Virus record (IMG/VR): IMGVR_UViG_3300028591_000077
Strand: one strand, 5' to 3'
Length of the DNA stretch: 64,000 nt
Source: a virus
Taxonomy: Duplodnaviria > Heunggongvirae > Uroviricota > Caudoviricetes
Part shown: positions 30,117-40,738 of the stretch, in pieces
Layout of the letters: each line of letters starts with the position of its first letter
Position numbering within the stretch: position 1 is the first letter of the stretch
Notes under the pieces: generated by a model
Told to the model about the DNA's origin: nothing
Seen by the model: the letters and a program-made list of their open reading frames with translations, nothing else
Database searches by the model: none
Position numbers and translations under genes: made by a program

Positions 30117-31262
30117 ATGTCTAAAATGTTAAATAGACTATTAGAGGCAAGGATTGAAAAACGTGCCATAATGCTCCCAGACGAAGAAAGACTAAAAGAA
30201 CTTTTAATTGATAATTTGCGTGACGATGGCAATGGCCATCGTCATGCCAAGTTTGCAAAACGTTTAGAGGACTTTGATGTAAATATCGTTCCATTAGATG
30301 TCGACCAAGAATTTACTGCTGCTATCTCTTTTGATGAAGCGGTAATATTCATTAGTGAAGGTTTCTTAAAAGTCAGACTTACAGAAGAGCAAGTATTTGA
30401 GCAATTAAATGTCTTAATTAGACACGAATTGTGCCATGCTCTTTTAATGCATCAAATTAGAATGATGCATGTATTAGAACAAAAATATGGTGATGAAGCT
30501 GCACAACATTTAAGTGTTAGTGCATCACTTCATGATTTACTTAACGCTGTTGAAGACTGGGATATTTCAAATCAAGCCTATAGCGCTGCTGATAAAAAAT
30601 TAGTTAAAGCCTTAAAACACAGCTTAAGAGAAATTCCTGGTTTAGTTACCGAACTAGATAACCAAGGTAAAGGCTGGGAAAACATGACAGTAGAAGAAAT
30701 GTATAATGCTGTCGAAAACGAAATTACAAAAATTAATAAATTAATCCTTGCTAATGATGCCTGGGGATTAGAAACAACTGTTGTCGATCATTCTACAATG
30801 ACTGCTTATAAACTTGCAACATTATATAGAGACAAACAAGCAACAACTACGATTCCAGGCACTATAAGAGGATTAACAAAAAGCCCACAATTTAAAGAAT
30901 GGCATAAGTATTACCAAGAAATCGTATTACAATTGCTAGAGAAATATGAAAAAACTACTGTTTCTGAACAAGAAACACAAGACATGATTGACAAGATTGC
31001 TGCCTCAGCTCCATTAGAAAAAGTAGAGCTATTCGGTGGTGATATAGTATTATATTCGCCTGAAGAAAAAGGCCTAGCAATGGATGTAATCAAAAAACTA
31101 AGTAAAATTCCAGAATATCAGTTACCTAAAATTAAAATCAAAAAGAAATCACACTCTCCAGAGTATGTAAAGGCATATAATGACACAGTTAATAAATATG
31201 ACGATGATTCTGTGCCATTAGAAGATGTTATGGAAATCTTAGCTGGCGTTGGAGGAGCATAA
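30117..31262 (+). CDS. Metallopeptidase-like protein (DUF2201 N-terminal type)
   Basis: FTAAI...LIRHELCHALLMH..R, LLNAVED; lies between AAA and VWA genes. Confidence 0.75.
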   Translation: MSKMLNRLLEARIEKRAIMLPDEERLKELLIDNLRDDGNGHRHAKFAKRLEDFDVNIVPLDVDQEFTAAISFDEAVIFISEGFLKVRLTEEQVFEQLNVLIRHELCHALLMHQIRMMHVLEQKYGDEAAQHLSVSASLHDLLNAVEDWDISNQAYSAADKKLVKALKHSLREIPGLVTELDNQGKGWENMTVEEMYNAVENEITKINKLILANDAWGLETTVVDHSTMTAYKLATLYRDKQATTTIPGTIRGLTKSPQFKEWHKYYQEIVLQLLEKYEKTTVSEQETQDMIDKIAASAPLEKVELFGGDIVLYSPEEKGLAMDVIKKLSKIPEYQLPKIKIKKKSHSPEYVKAYNDTVNKYDDDSVPLEDVMEILAGVGGA

Positions 31263-31264
31263 TA

Positions 31265-33187
31265 ATGACAAAAGACGAAATTAAAAAAGCTGTAGAAGAA
31301 ATTAAAGCGATGCCCCCTGATGCTAGACAAGGTGCTATTGATGCCTTAATGGATATCTTCTTATCTCAACAAGGCGGTGCAGGCATTCCTCAAGATACAG
31401 AAATTGAGGTTGACCCTGATTTAGAGACACCTGCCGGTAAAGCCGGTAAAATGCCTAAGACAGATATTGAAGACCCAGATGGCGTATTAAATCAGGCAAA
31501 AGTACATAGACGTAAAAATCAAAAACAAGACCAGCAAGACCAAAGTGAATCTGGAATGAAAGGTTCACAAGGACAGGGTGGTGGACAAAGTAGTCCTGAT
31601 AATCAAGAAGACTCAGAGGATACCCAAGGCGAAGAAGGTCAAGAAGGGCAAGATAGCCAACAAAGTCAAGATGGCCAACAAGGACAACAAGGACAGCAAG
31701 GTCAACAGGGACAGCAAGGTTCAAATGGTCAAAGTGGTCAAGAAGGCTCCGACGGTCAAGAAGGCCAGGAAGGCCAAGACGGTCAGGAAGGCAAAGATGG
31801 TAAAGATGGCCAAGAAGGCCAAAATGGTCAAAGTGGACAACAAGGTCAGCAAGGAAACCAAAATGGCCAGAATGGTTCAAAGGGTTCTGAAAGTGGTTCT
31901 CAATCCGGTGGTGGAGAAGAAACTGGTGACGATGATGGTTCCGGCGATATCGGTGGCGGTAACGACGACGAGAAAGATGGAGACGGTAAAGGCGCCGGCG
32001 ATCAAGAAGGCGATGAATCAGGAAAAGGCGGAGAAGAAGGCGACAAAGAAGGCGAAGGTTCTGGCTCTGGCAATGGCGAAAAAGAAGGCGAAGGCGAAGA
32101 ACAAGGTAAAGGTTCTGGAACTGGTGCTGGCGCAGGTGAAGGCGAAGACGAAGGAGAAGAAGACGATGGTGTTGACTACTCCAAAGTTCACAGAGAATTA
32201 AATGATAAAGAAAAAGCCGAAGCTGCACGCCAAAAGAAAACAGAAGCTTCTCGTGTTGCTCAACTTGGTAGAAAAGCCTTAAGCAAAGCTCCTGCAGACG
32301 CAGACCCAGCCAAAATTCAAAGAATTAAAGAATTGACCGAAGAATTAGAAAAGATTGCCAGTAGCTCAAATGCAGATGTCAATGCAGTTGACTGGGATGA
32401 TATTCACGAAAAAGAAAACGAATTAATAGATTTGAGTAAGGACCTTGTTACAGTTCATGAAACACCAGATAGACCTGAAAGAATCAAAAAAGTAAAAGAT
32501 ATCATCAATAATCCGGTTATAAGCCAACAAATACAACAAGAAATTACAGCTGATAAACGTAATGACCCAACACTTGTTAAAAAATATGGCTTAGGACAAT
32601 TAAATGTCGGTTCTTATTATACAATGGGTGACTTCAAAGCTGATATTAAGCTTTGTATCGATTCTCAAGTTGCTAGAAGAAAAGAAACGGTTAAAACATT
32701 TAGCGTTCCAAATAAGAGACATGCTGCAGCTGGTTCACCAATGGTTGTTAAAGGCACTCGCCGTAAAACCATTGAAAAGAAAGATGCGCCGCTTATTGCC
32801 GTATTCGTTGACCAATCAGGGTCATGGAATGAAGAAGACATTCAAAAGGGTAAAGAATCAATGTCTATCCTTGATGAATTAGTCAGAAAAGGCGATATCA
32901 AAGAAGTTCAATATTATTTCTTCGCTAATGGCGTTTATGAATTACCAGAACAAGCAAGACGTGAAGGTGGCACACATGCTTGGCCAAGAGTAATGAGTAA
33001 AATTAAAGAAATTGGTGCTGATAACGTTGTCATTATGTCAGATGATGACTTAGCAGATCAAAGTAGTCCACAAACACAACTCCATATTGATGGTTGTGTA
33101 TGGTGGATTTGGAAATATTCAACTAGCCCAAGATGCACTAAAGAGCTCATCGGTGATGCTGGAAACTTCCAATATAAATTATATTAA
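31265..33187 (+). CDS. VWA domain protein with Gln/Gly/Glu-rich linker
   Basis: VFVDQSGS MIDAS, GGT, MSD; low-complexity region. Confidence 0.8.
   Translation: MTKDEIKKAVEEIKAMPPDARQGAIDALMDIFLSQQGGAGIPQDTEIEVDPDLETPAGKAGKMPKTDIEDPDGVLNQAKVHRRKNQKQDQQDQSESGMKGSQGQGGGQSSPDNQEDSEDTQGEEGQEGQDSQQSQDGQQGQQGQQGQQGQQGSNGQSGQEGSDGQEGQEGQDGQEGKDGKDGQEGQNGQSGQQGQQGNQNGQNGSKGSESGSQSGGGEETGDDDGSGDIGGGNDDEKDGDGKGAGDQEGDESGKGGEEGDKEGEGSGSGNGEKEGEGEEQGKGSGTGAGAGEGEDEGEEDDGVDYSKVHRELNDKEKAEAARQKKTEASRVAQLGRKALSKAPADADPAKIQRIKELTEELEKIASSSNADVNAVDWDDIHEKENELIDLSKDLVTVHETPDRPERIKKVKDIINNPVISQQIQQEITADKRNDPTLVKKYGLGQLNVGSYYTMGDFKADIKLCIDSQVARRKETVKTFSVPNKRHAAAGSPMVVKGTRRKTIEKKDAPLIAVFVDQSGSWNEEDIQKGKESMSILDELVRKGDIKEVQYYFFANGVYELPEQARREGGTHAWPRVMSKIKEIGADNVVIMSDDDLADQSSPQTQLHIDGCVWWIWKYSTSPRCTKELIGDAGNFQYKLY
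31624..31875 (+). repeat. Coding 9-nt-period repeats (GQQ/GQE/GQD)
   Basis: ggacaacaa/ggtcaagaa-type units in the VWA linker. Confidence 0.75.
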
Positions 33188-33201
33188 GGAGATACTAAAA
33201 G

Positions 33202-33813
33202 ATGAAAGTAACATTAAAAGAATCCAAAGAACAACTCCCATTATCATTCTTAACAGACTTTGTTAGCAGAGGCTGGGAAAATATTGGAATGTTAAAGCAA
33301 GAAATTGCTGCTATCAAGGAAGAATTCTCAGGAACTAAAAAAGTTGAAGAACTACTTCAAAATTTAGTTGATGCTTATCTTATTTGCGTTGGACAATTAG
33401 AACTCCATATGCAAAACAAAGATTATTTGGATTTTCCAGATGAAGCTAAGGAAGAAAGCTTAAAAGAAGACTTATCATTAAAAGAATCCGAAGAAGAAAC
33501 TGAAGATGATGAAAAAATCGAAGCTGAAGAAGTTTTAGATGTCTTAAAAGATAAGATTGACATTCATGGTGAAGATGACATGATCACCATTGCTGAAAAA
33601 GGTCAATTAGAAAATCCAGAAGCTCCAAAAATTGAAACAGAAGTAACAGAAGATGAATTTGATGCTTTAGCTCAAGAATTTCATGATGCAGAAGCTGAAG
33701 AAAAAAATGATCCAAAAGACGAAATTAAAGAAGACTTTGAATACTTCTGTGACTTCGATGAGCCAACTGGTGAAGCATTAACTGATGCCGATATATACCC
33801 AGAAGATAAATAA
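33202..33813 (+). CDS. Acidic hypothetical protein
   Basis: ORF with RBS; terminator at 33831-33862 follows. Confidence 0.75.
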   Translation: MKVTLKESKEQLPLSFLTDFVSRGWENIGMLKQEIAAIKEEFSGTKKVEELLQNLVDAYLICVGQLELHMQNKDYLDFPDEAKEESLKEDLSLKESEEETEDDEKIEAEEVLDVLKDKIDIHGEDDMITIAEKGQLENPEAPKIETEVTEDEFDALAQEFHDAEAEEKNDPKDEIKEDFEYFCDFDEPTGEALTDADIYPEDK

Positions 33814-33976
33814 TTAACTAAAAATAAGCAAAAAGGCAAATTGGAAAACAATTTGTCTTTTTATATTTGCTAAATTATATGATAATCAGCATGGACTTAT
33901 CCTTTCACCATGCTGGTTATCCATTACTAGAAAATTTTATTATTTTATATTTTTATATAAATAAGGAGAGATATAC

Positions 33977-35929
33977 ATGGGCAAAATTAGTTTTGAAGAA
34001 ATCATGGCAAAAGCTGATGAGCTTGATGCTATTCTTGATAGCTTTGATGAAAATTTAGAAGAAGCCAAGAAAAAGAAGAAAAAGCCATATGACTCTGCTA
34101 CTATTACAACCGGTGATATCGGTTATAATATTAGTCAATTTAACAAACACATGGGAACAGATTTTCCTGGAAATGACAATAGTAACCCAAGCACAGAAGA
34201 AGCAAAAGCTGCTGCACATGCTGCAGAAGCAGCTGCCCAAGATTTAGGTGGTGGAGAAGCTTCTGGGGCCAGTGATGGAGCTGCTACTAGCGGAGAAGCT
34301 GGCGCAAGCGCTAGTGAGGCTGGAGCAGGCGATGGAGGAGCCTCAGGAGGTATGGGAGAATCTTTAGAAGAAGACCTCAACTTAATGGAAGGCGCTATTC
34401 TTGACGAAGAAAGAATCTTAATTCCTAAGCTTGTAAAAAATGGCGTTGCCGAGGCAAATGCTTATATTGATTTACCTGATGGCGTCCATGTTTTGTCAAG
34501 AGAACAAGTTAGCGAAGCCCTTACAAAGTTAAGCCCAGCAGAAGAATTTATTATTGGCTATATCACTCCTGTATATTTCTACAAAGAGCTTTGGGATTTA
34601 TTCAATGTTGTAAAATGCACTGAATTTATTGGCTATACAGGCATGGATTATCGTCAAGTCAGAGACGAGACAAGAAATGACTATGACTCAGACAGAGACA
34701 CAAGACTTGATACCGCACGAGCACAAATCAGCAATCCAGAAGATATTGAAAATAAATTTGTTAAGAGAATTGACCACCAAGATCCAAAAGCTTACGGTCA
34801 AATTAATAAAACAGTTGTTCAAAAACAAATTGACAAAGTAGATTACGATAGTATTCTATACTATCCAGCTCCAGGCAAAAAGCCAAAAGTTTGCTATTAT
34901 ATTGATATTCATGATGGAAAGGGTTATACAAAAGTTTCACGTGCTCTATTTGAAAAAACAGTAGTTGCATACGTTGAAAGCGCTCTTCAATCAGGCAAAT
35001 TAGTTGGTTCAAACCGTTGGAATATTGACAAGCTAAAAGCAAAGGTCGCAAATACCTTAGCTGTTGATAATGCAACGACTGGAAAAGATGCTCTTGATGC
35101 TCAAAAACTTTGGGAACCAACTGCAACTAATGTTGCTGATCAAAAAGTTTTTAAGCCACAAGTAAGAGCTTTATATACTAATCAAGTTTATTACCTATCA
35201 ACTCCTTATGAAACCCTTGGCACTCCATTAAACCCAAGTTTATTGGAAGACGTTGAGTTAGATGAAGCTAAGCGTGAGACAAGACGTTATTACATTAGAC
35301 CACAAGGAATCTTCTGCGCTAATAAATCAGAAGTCATTAGGGGCTTGATTTCAGTCGGTGATGAAAACTGTTGCGTCTATTCTTTAAAAAGCTTAGGTGA
35401 TAACAGAGATGTTCATAAGCTAACAAACAAAGATATCATCTATTATTATGATGATGGTATCTTATATGATAAAAACCATGTTAAAGTTATGGATTATGAC
35501 TTATACATTAAGCATGAAGAGGAACGTAAAAAATTCCCAGGCGATGTCGATAATGTATCTGGCGCTGCATTTATTGATGAATATGATGACAGAATTACAG
35601 ACGTTACCGGTCCAGGTATTGAAGAAGGTCTTGGGAAATCTATTCTTGAATTCTGGGATATTTTTGATGAAAAGCCTGCAGATCAAGCTCCTTTAGCTGA
35701 AGAATTAAATGAATCAGCTGAACAAGACGACCCATTTGATGTCTTTACTGAAGAGCTTCATGAAGAAGCTGAGACACATGTCTGCTGCATTTGTGGCGAT
35801 GAATTTGTTGGTTATGGAAATAACCCAGAGCCTGTAAAGAGCCATGATGACGGTGTTTGCTGCGATGCTTGCAATATTAAATTTGTGCTTCCAGCAAGAC
35901 TTGCTAACTTTAATAAAAACATTAAATAA
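33977..35929 (+). CDS. Hypothetical multidomain protein with C-terminal Cys-rich Zn finger
   Basis: CCICG..FVGYGNNP....CCDACN; acidic spacers. Confidence 0.75.
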   Translation: MGKISFEEIMAKADELDAILDSFDENLEEAKKKKKKPYDSATITTGDIGYNISQFNKHMGTDFPGNDNSNPSTEEAKAAAHAAEAAAQDLGGGEASGASDGAATSGEAGASASEAGAGDGGASGGMGESLEEDLNLMEGAILDEERILIPKLVKNGVAEANAYIDLPDGVHVLSREQVSEALTKLSPAEEFIIGYITPVYFYKELWDLFNVVKCTEFIGYTGMDYRQVRDETRNDYDSDRDTRLDTARAQISNPEDIENKFVKRIDHQDPKAYGQINKTVVQKQIDKVDYDSILYYPAPGKKPKVCYYIDIHDGKGYTKVSRALFEKTVVAYVESALQSGKLVGSNRWNIDKLKAKVANTLAVDNATTGKDALDAQKLWEPTATNVADQKVFKPQVRALYTNQVYYLSTPYETLGTPLNPSLLEDVELDEAKRETRRYYIRPQGIFCANKSEVIRGLISVGDENCCVYSLKSLGDNRDVHKLTNKDIIYYYDDGILYDKNHVKVMDYDLYIKHEEERKKFPGDVDNVSGAAFIDEYDDRITDVTGPGIEEGLGKSILEFWDIFDEKPADQAPLAEELNESAEQDDPFDVFTEELHEEAETHVCCICGDEFVGYGNNPEPVKSHDDGVCCDACNIKFVLPARLANFNKNIK

Positions 35930-35947
35930 TCAGGGAGGTGTAAAATA

Positions 35948-37645
35948 ATGGAAATTGTAGAAACGTTACCTTCTTGGAGCTACAGACAGTGGCAAGTAGC
36001 AGAAGAAAATATGCGTGAGTTTAACGCTGGCACAAGAAAAGAAAACGTCAAGGCATGCGGTTATGATAAATTAGAGGCTTATTATAAAATCTGCTGCGAT
36101 AAAAACTTAGATATCGCTAGACAAAAAATAGAAGATGAGCTTGCAAGACGTGACCATAATAATGGGACAACAATCGGCCCTACTATTATTGCTAAATATA
36201 AAAAAGTAGCTAATCCAACTACTCAATCAACTTCACAACCAACGCCACAATCAACGCAATCAACAAATACAACATCTACTAATACTTCTTCGACAGGTGA
36301 CTATGACACTATTATTAGTATGCTTCGAGCAAATCCATCAAAATTTAATAGAGATGAAGCAGTTCAAGTAAATAATAATAGAAATAAACCAGAAGCAGTT
36401 TTAGAGTATGCAAAGTATAAACCAAGCACTCAACAAGCATTAGTTATTTTAATGTTATTAGCAGTTGCTATGCGTGCTAACAATGTTGCCAATGCCATCG
36501 TTGAAGAGCTTAAAACAAGATTTAGCTGGCCTATTTCTGAAATTCAAAGAGTTGCTGGAACCTTGATGAAAGATTCTAGTATTATGGCCGCTATTATGGC
36601 TTCTGTTAAAGGCTTAACAGAAGACCTTAATGAAGAAGTTGATGAGGAAGGCTTAATGGAAACTGTTGAAAAACATGATACATTAAATCCTAAATTATTC
36701 GATGGTGCTCATTTAAAGGATGAAGTTCGCGAAAAAATATTAGAAATTGTAGATAAATTTACAGAAGACCTTGAAGAAGACGGTATTAGAATTATTATCA
36801 AAGATATTGTCTTAATCGGTTCTAACGTAAGTTATAACTATACAAAAGATAGTGACTTAGATATTCATATTATTGCTGATACCTCTTCATTAGATTGTCC
36901 ACACAACTTATATCCATTGTTATATAGTGCTTATAGAAGTCTATTTAATAAGAAATTTGATATTAATTTCTATGGAATTCCAGTTGAATTATTTGTTGAA
37001 GCTGGCGATGTTCCAACTGTAAGCAATGGTATTTATTCAGTAAAAAATAATGACTGGGTTAAAGTTCCAGATATTAACACAATTCCAGAATATAACAAGA
37101 CTGCTCTTGAGACAAGCGTTGATAAATGGAAAGCAGAAGCTGGACAGATCATCTCTGATATTAAAACTGGCGTCTTAGAAGGCGAAGCCGCTCATGATGC
37201 TATTATTGGCTATGTAGAAAGAATTTATGAACTTCGTAAAATCGGCTTATTGACAACCGGTGAATATGGCACTGAAAATCTTACATTTAAAGAAATCCGC
37301 AATGCTGGACTTCTTGATGAATTAAAAGATTTAAAGAATGAGGTCACAGCCAAAAAGCTTTCATTAGAAGCTATGCAAGAAAGACTTGAAGAGCGTCAAA
37401 GATATGACTATGCACAAATTCTTTCAAGAGAAGCACATACACAAGTTATCTTACAATCAAATGGCTACTTCTTTATTCATAACGTTAAAGAACAAGACGT
37501 TGAGCCAATCTTGGCAAAACTAAGATACTTAGATTTCGTAGAATATGTAAGACGTGGTGCTGCTGGAAAATGGGATTTCTCTCATGTATATCCAGGAGCG
37601 CTTCCAACAAGATACTATACTATCGAAGGCAAAATAAAAGAATAA
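35948..37645 (+). CDS. Protein with Pol-beta-superfamily nucleotidyltransferase domain
   Basis: LIGSNVSYNYTKDSDLDIH (GS..DxD) and PVELFV. Confidence 0.8.
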   Translation: MEIVETLPSWSYRQWQVAEENMREFNAGTRKENVKACGYDKLEAYYKICCDKNLDIARQKIEDELARRDHNNGTTIGPTIIAKYKKVANPTTQSTSQPTPQSTQSTNTTSTNTSSTGDYDTIISMLRANPSKFNRDEAVQVNNNRNKPEAVLEYAKYKPSTQQALVILMLLAVAMRANNVANAIVEELKTRFSWPISEIQRVAGTLMKDSSIMAAIMASVKGLTEDLNEEVDEEGLMETVEKHDTLNPKLFDGAHLKDEVREKILEIVDKFTEDLEEDGIRIIIKDIVLIGSNVSYNYTKDSDLDIHIIADTSSLDCPHNLYPLLYSAYRSLFNKKFDINFYGIPVELFVEAGDVPTVSNGIYSVKNNDWVKVPDINTIPEYNKTALETSVDKWKAEAGQIISDIKTGVLEGEAAHDAIIGYVERIYELRKIGLLTTGEYGTENLTFKEIRNAGLLDELKDLKNEVTAKKLSLEAMQERLEERQRYDYAQILSREAHTQVILQSNGYFFIHNVKEQDVEPILAKLRYLDFVEYVRRGAAGKWDFSHVYPGALPTRYYTIEGKIKE

Positions 37646-37659
37646 AATAATACGAAAAT

Positions 37660-37685
37660 AAGCAGGATTAACTTCCTGCTTTTTA
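37660..37685 (+). terminator. Intrinsic terminator
   Basis: aagcagga-ttaact-tcctgcttttt. Confidence 0.7.
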
Positions 37686-37732
37686 TTTTTATTAAAAATA
37701 TTTGCTAAATTATACGATAAGCGAGGTTGAGT

Positions 37733-38620
37733 ATGTCAGATCAAGTAAAAGAAAATATTAGAGTACTACGAGATTTTGATGCTTTTATGTATGAAGATAC
37801 TCGTTCTGCGCTAATCAGTAAATCAAGAAGTGCTGGTGCCTATAAAGACCAGTCACGCGGCAAAAACAGATTCGAAAGAAAGAAATATTCTAAAGTAGCC
37901 AATCAAGTTAAAAGTTATAATACAATTGACATGAATGACTTCTTTAAAAAGGATATCCTTCAAGTTAGTATTCCAGTAACAGGCGAGACAAATAGTTATA
38001 CAGTAACTATAAAAATTGAGGGTGTTGTTGCTGAAATTGCTAAGAATATTAAAAGCAATAATAACAAATTCGAATTCAGAACAGTCATTCAAGCATTAAC
38101 AAAAGTATTCAATACCTCAGATGTTTATGTTAAATGCACCTGCCCAGACCATCTTTATAACTATGCACACTGAAATATCATAAACAACGTTTCTACCGAC
38201 GATACAGCAAGTGATCCAGGTCCTGGAAGGGGCATTAAAAATCCACATGACGACAAAGGCCGTGGCTGCAAGCACATTCTGCTAGTTCTTGCGAATGGCG
38301 ATTGGATGATGAAGGTTGCAAGTGTAATTAACAATTATGTTCATTATGCTGAAGAGCACTTACAAAAACCATTCTTAAAAATCATCTTCCCTAAATTATA
38401 TGGCGTTCCTGCTGATGAGGCAGTAGAAAATGGCTTACTTGGTACTGATGAATTCTTAGATTCAAGCAAAGGCATGATTGATGCTATTAATGAATATGGA
38501 AGAAACCGTGGTAAATATAGACCAGGCACAAATAAGAACCCTGTTACAGGAACAGGTGGAAAAACCAAAAAAGAGGTCAGTTCTGAAGTAAATTCAGATG
38601 AAACTGACGAAAATAAATAA
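37733..38620 (+). CDS. SWIM-type Zn finger protein (code 4)
   Basis: VKCTCPD...W(TGA 38171)...NP...GCKHI; TGA readthrough unites CxC and CxH. Confidence 0.75.
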
Positions 38621-38668
38621 TATTATTATTTATTGTATAATATAAAAGGAGTATTTTATAAATAGCCT

Positions 38669-40726
38669 ATGGATACAAATAAAATTAACATAGAAGCGTT
38701 TAATAAATTATCCCCAGAAGAAAAAGCATACGCTCTTAAGGTATTACAAGAATTGTCCGAAACCGGACAATCAGATACCCTAGATGACTTAAAGTATTCT
38801 GACTTTGAGGAAATACCTGTAGACATCGACACATTCTTAGATGATGATGATTATTTCGGAAAAAGCATCTGAATGGCCGATGAATATTCTGGTGAGCGTA
38901 AATGCACACTCTTCCCATATTGACGCGAAACATTACATAAATTATTCCCAGACAACCTAACGACTGCATACAATACGTTGATATTGACAGGCGCTATCGG
39001 TCTTGGTAAAACAGAAGTCGCTGTACTTGCAATGTCTTACCTCTTATACAGAATGCTCTGTCTAAAAGACCCATATGCTTATTATGGAATGATGCCTAAC
39101 GATAAGATATCATTCTCGATGTTAAACATCACATTAGATGCCGCCCAAGGTGTTGGCTGGGATAAAATGCAGCAACATATACAAGCATCCCCATGGTTCA
39201 TGACACATGGTAATATGAATGCTAGTAGAACAAATCCAACATGACAGCCTCCAAAAGGCATTGAGCTTATCTTCGGTTCTAATAACCGTCACGTCGTTGG
39301 TCGTGCGTTGTTCTCAAACCTTACCGATGAAGTTAACTTCGGAATCGGTTCCGACGTAGAGAAGAAAAAAGAAAAGCAAAAGAAAATGATTGCTCAAATC
39401 GATGCTCGTATGAAATCCCGTTTCATGAAGGGAACATACTTGCCAACATTGAACATCATTATCTCATCAAAAGATACAGAACAATCATTCTTAGACAGTT
39501 ATATAAATACTAAAAAACAAAACGAATCAAAGACTACATTAATTGTCGATGAGCCACAATGGGTAGTCAGAAACGATAAAGGTTCTCCAAATGACCCAGG
39601 AAGTTTCTATGTAGCAGTAGGAAACAAGGTATTGGCACATGAGCTATTACCAGTTGATTTTCCTGAATCAGAAGCTGATAAATATAGAGAAAAAGGCTAT
39701 ACTTTAATTAGAGTACCACCTGGATTCAGAGAGGACTTTGAAACCAACTTAGATCAATCCTTAATGGATATTGCCGGTATCTCATCATCCAGCATGACGA
39801 AGTATATATCTGGCGTAAGATTAAATCAAGCAAAAGTTGATACTTACAAAAACCCATTTACGAAGGATGTCATTGAGGTAGGCAATAATCCAGAAGATAA
39901 ATTACAATATGCCAACTTCTTCGATTTGTCACAAATAAGCCCAAATGATATGTCAAAACCGATGTTCATTCATCTTGACTTATCAACGACGGGTGACAAA
40001 ACTGGTATTGCTGGTGTATGGATTACTGGAAAACGTCCTACACAAGGAGATGAAGATGCTTCAAAAGAACTGCAATTCAAACTTGCATTCTCAGTATCAA
40101 TAAAAGCTCCAAAAGGCTATCAAATTAGCTTTGAAAAAACAAAAACATTCATCTACTGGCTACGAGACCGTGGATTTGCAATTAAAGGCGTTTCATCCGA
40201 TACCTTTGATAAATCTATTGTCCAAGAGCTAGGCGGTCATGGATTCAAAACTCAATTCTTATCTGTTGATAGAGTTGACCTAAAAACAAGAGTCTGTCTT
40301 CCATATGCCTATCTAAAATCAACGATTTACGAAAGACATATAGAGATTTATAGAAAATGTGACCAATTAACAGATGAATTGATTGGCCTTGAAAGAATGT
40401 CAAACGGTAAAATAGACCATACTGCCGATGGCATAAACTCAAAAGACCAGGCTGACGCGGTATGTGGCGCATTATATCTAGCAAGTCAGTATGCAGACCA
40501 ATTTGCATATGATTATGGGGAAAGCTTAGATGCTGCGTTAGAAGTAAATACAACTTATTCCGAAAATTATAAACGAAGACAAATGATTACTGACTTCGAA
40601 CAAGAATTAACAAGAGCTTACGCTAATGCTGGAAAAGACGACGAAGACAATGGATTCGGAGTTGCAGCACATAACGTAACTCAACAAGATTACCAAGATA
40701 TTATCGATGGTATAATTATAGTATAA
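38669..40726 (+). CDS. Terminase large subunit (code 4, 3 TGA)
   Basis: LFPYW, TGAIGLGKT Walker A, TDEVNF, IISS, HLDLS, KIDH..SKDQADA; TGA at 38870, 38921, 39242. Confidence 0.92.
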
Positions 40727-40738
40727 AGGAGAGCACAC

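Noticed and set aside
31578-32201. 207-aa Lys-rich alternative-frame ORF inside the VWA gene
   Set aside because: Frame-shifted reading of GQE/GQQ repeats lacking stops; no independent start signal.
33867-34058. 63-aa ORF, and other TTG-extended starts at 27452, 43382, 52071
   Set aside because: They start inside promoter or leader DNA; downstream ATGs have proper RBSs.
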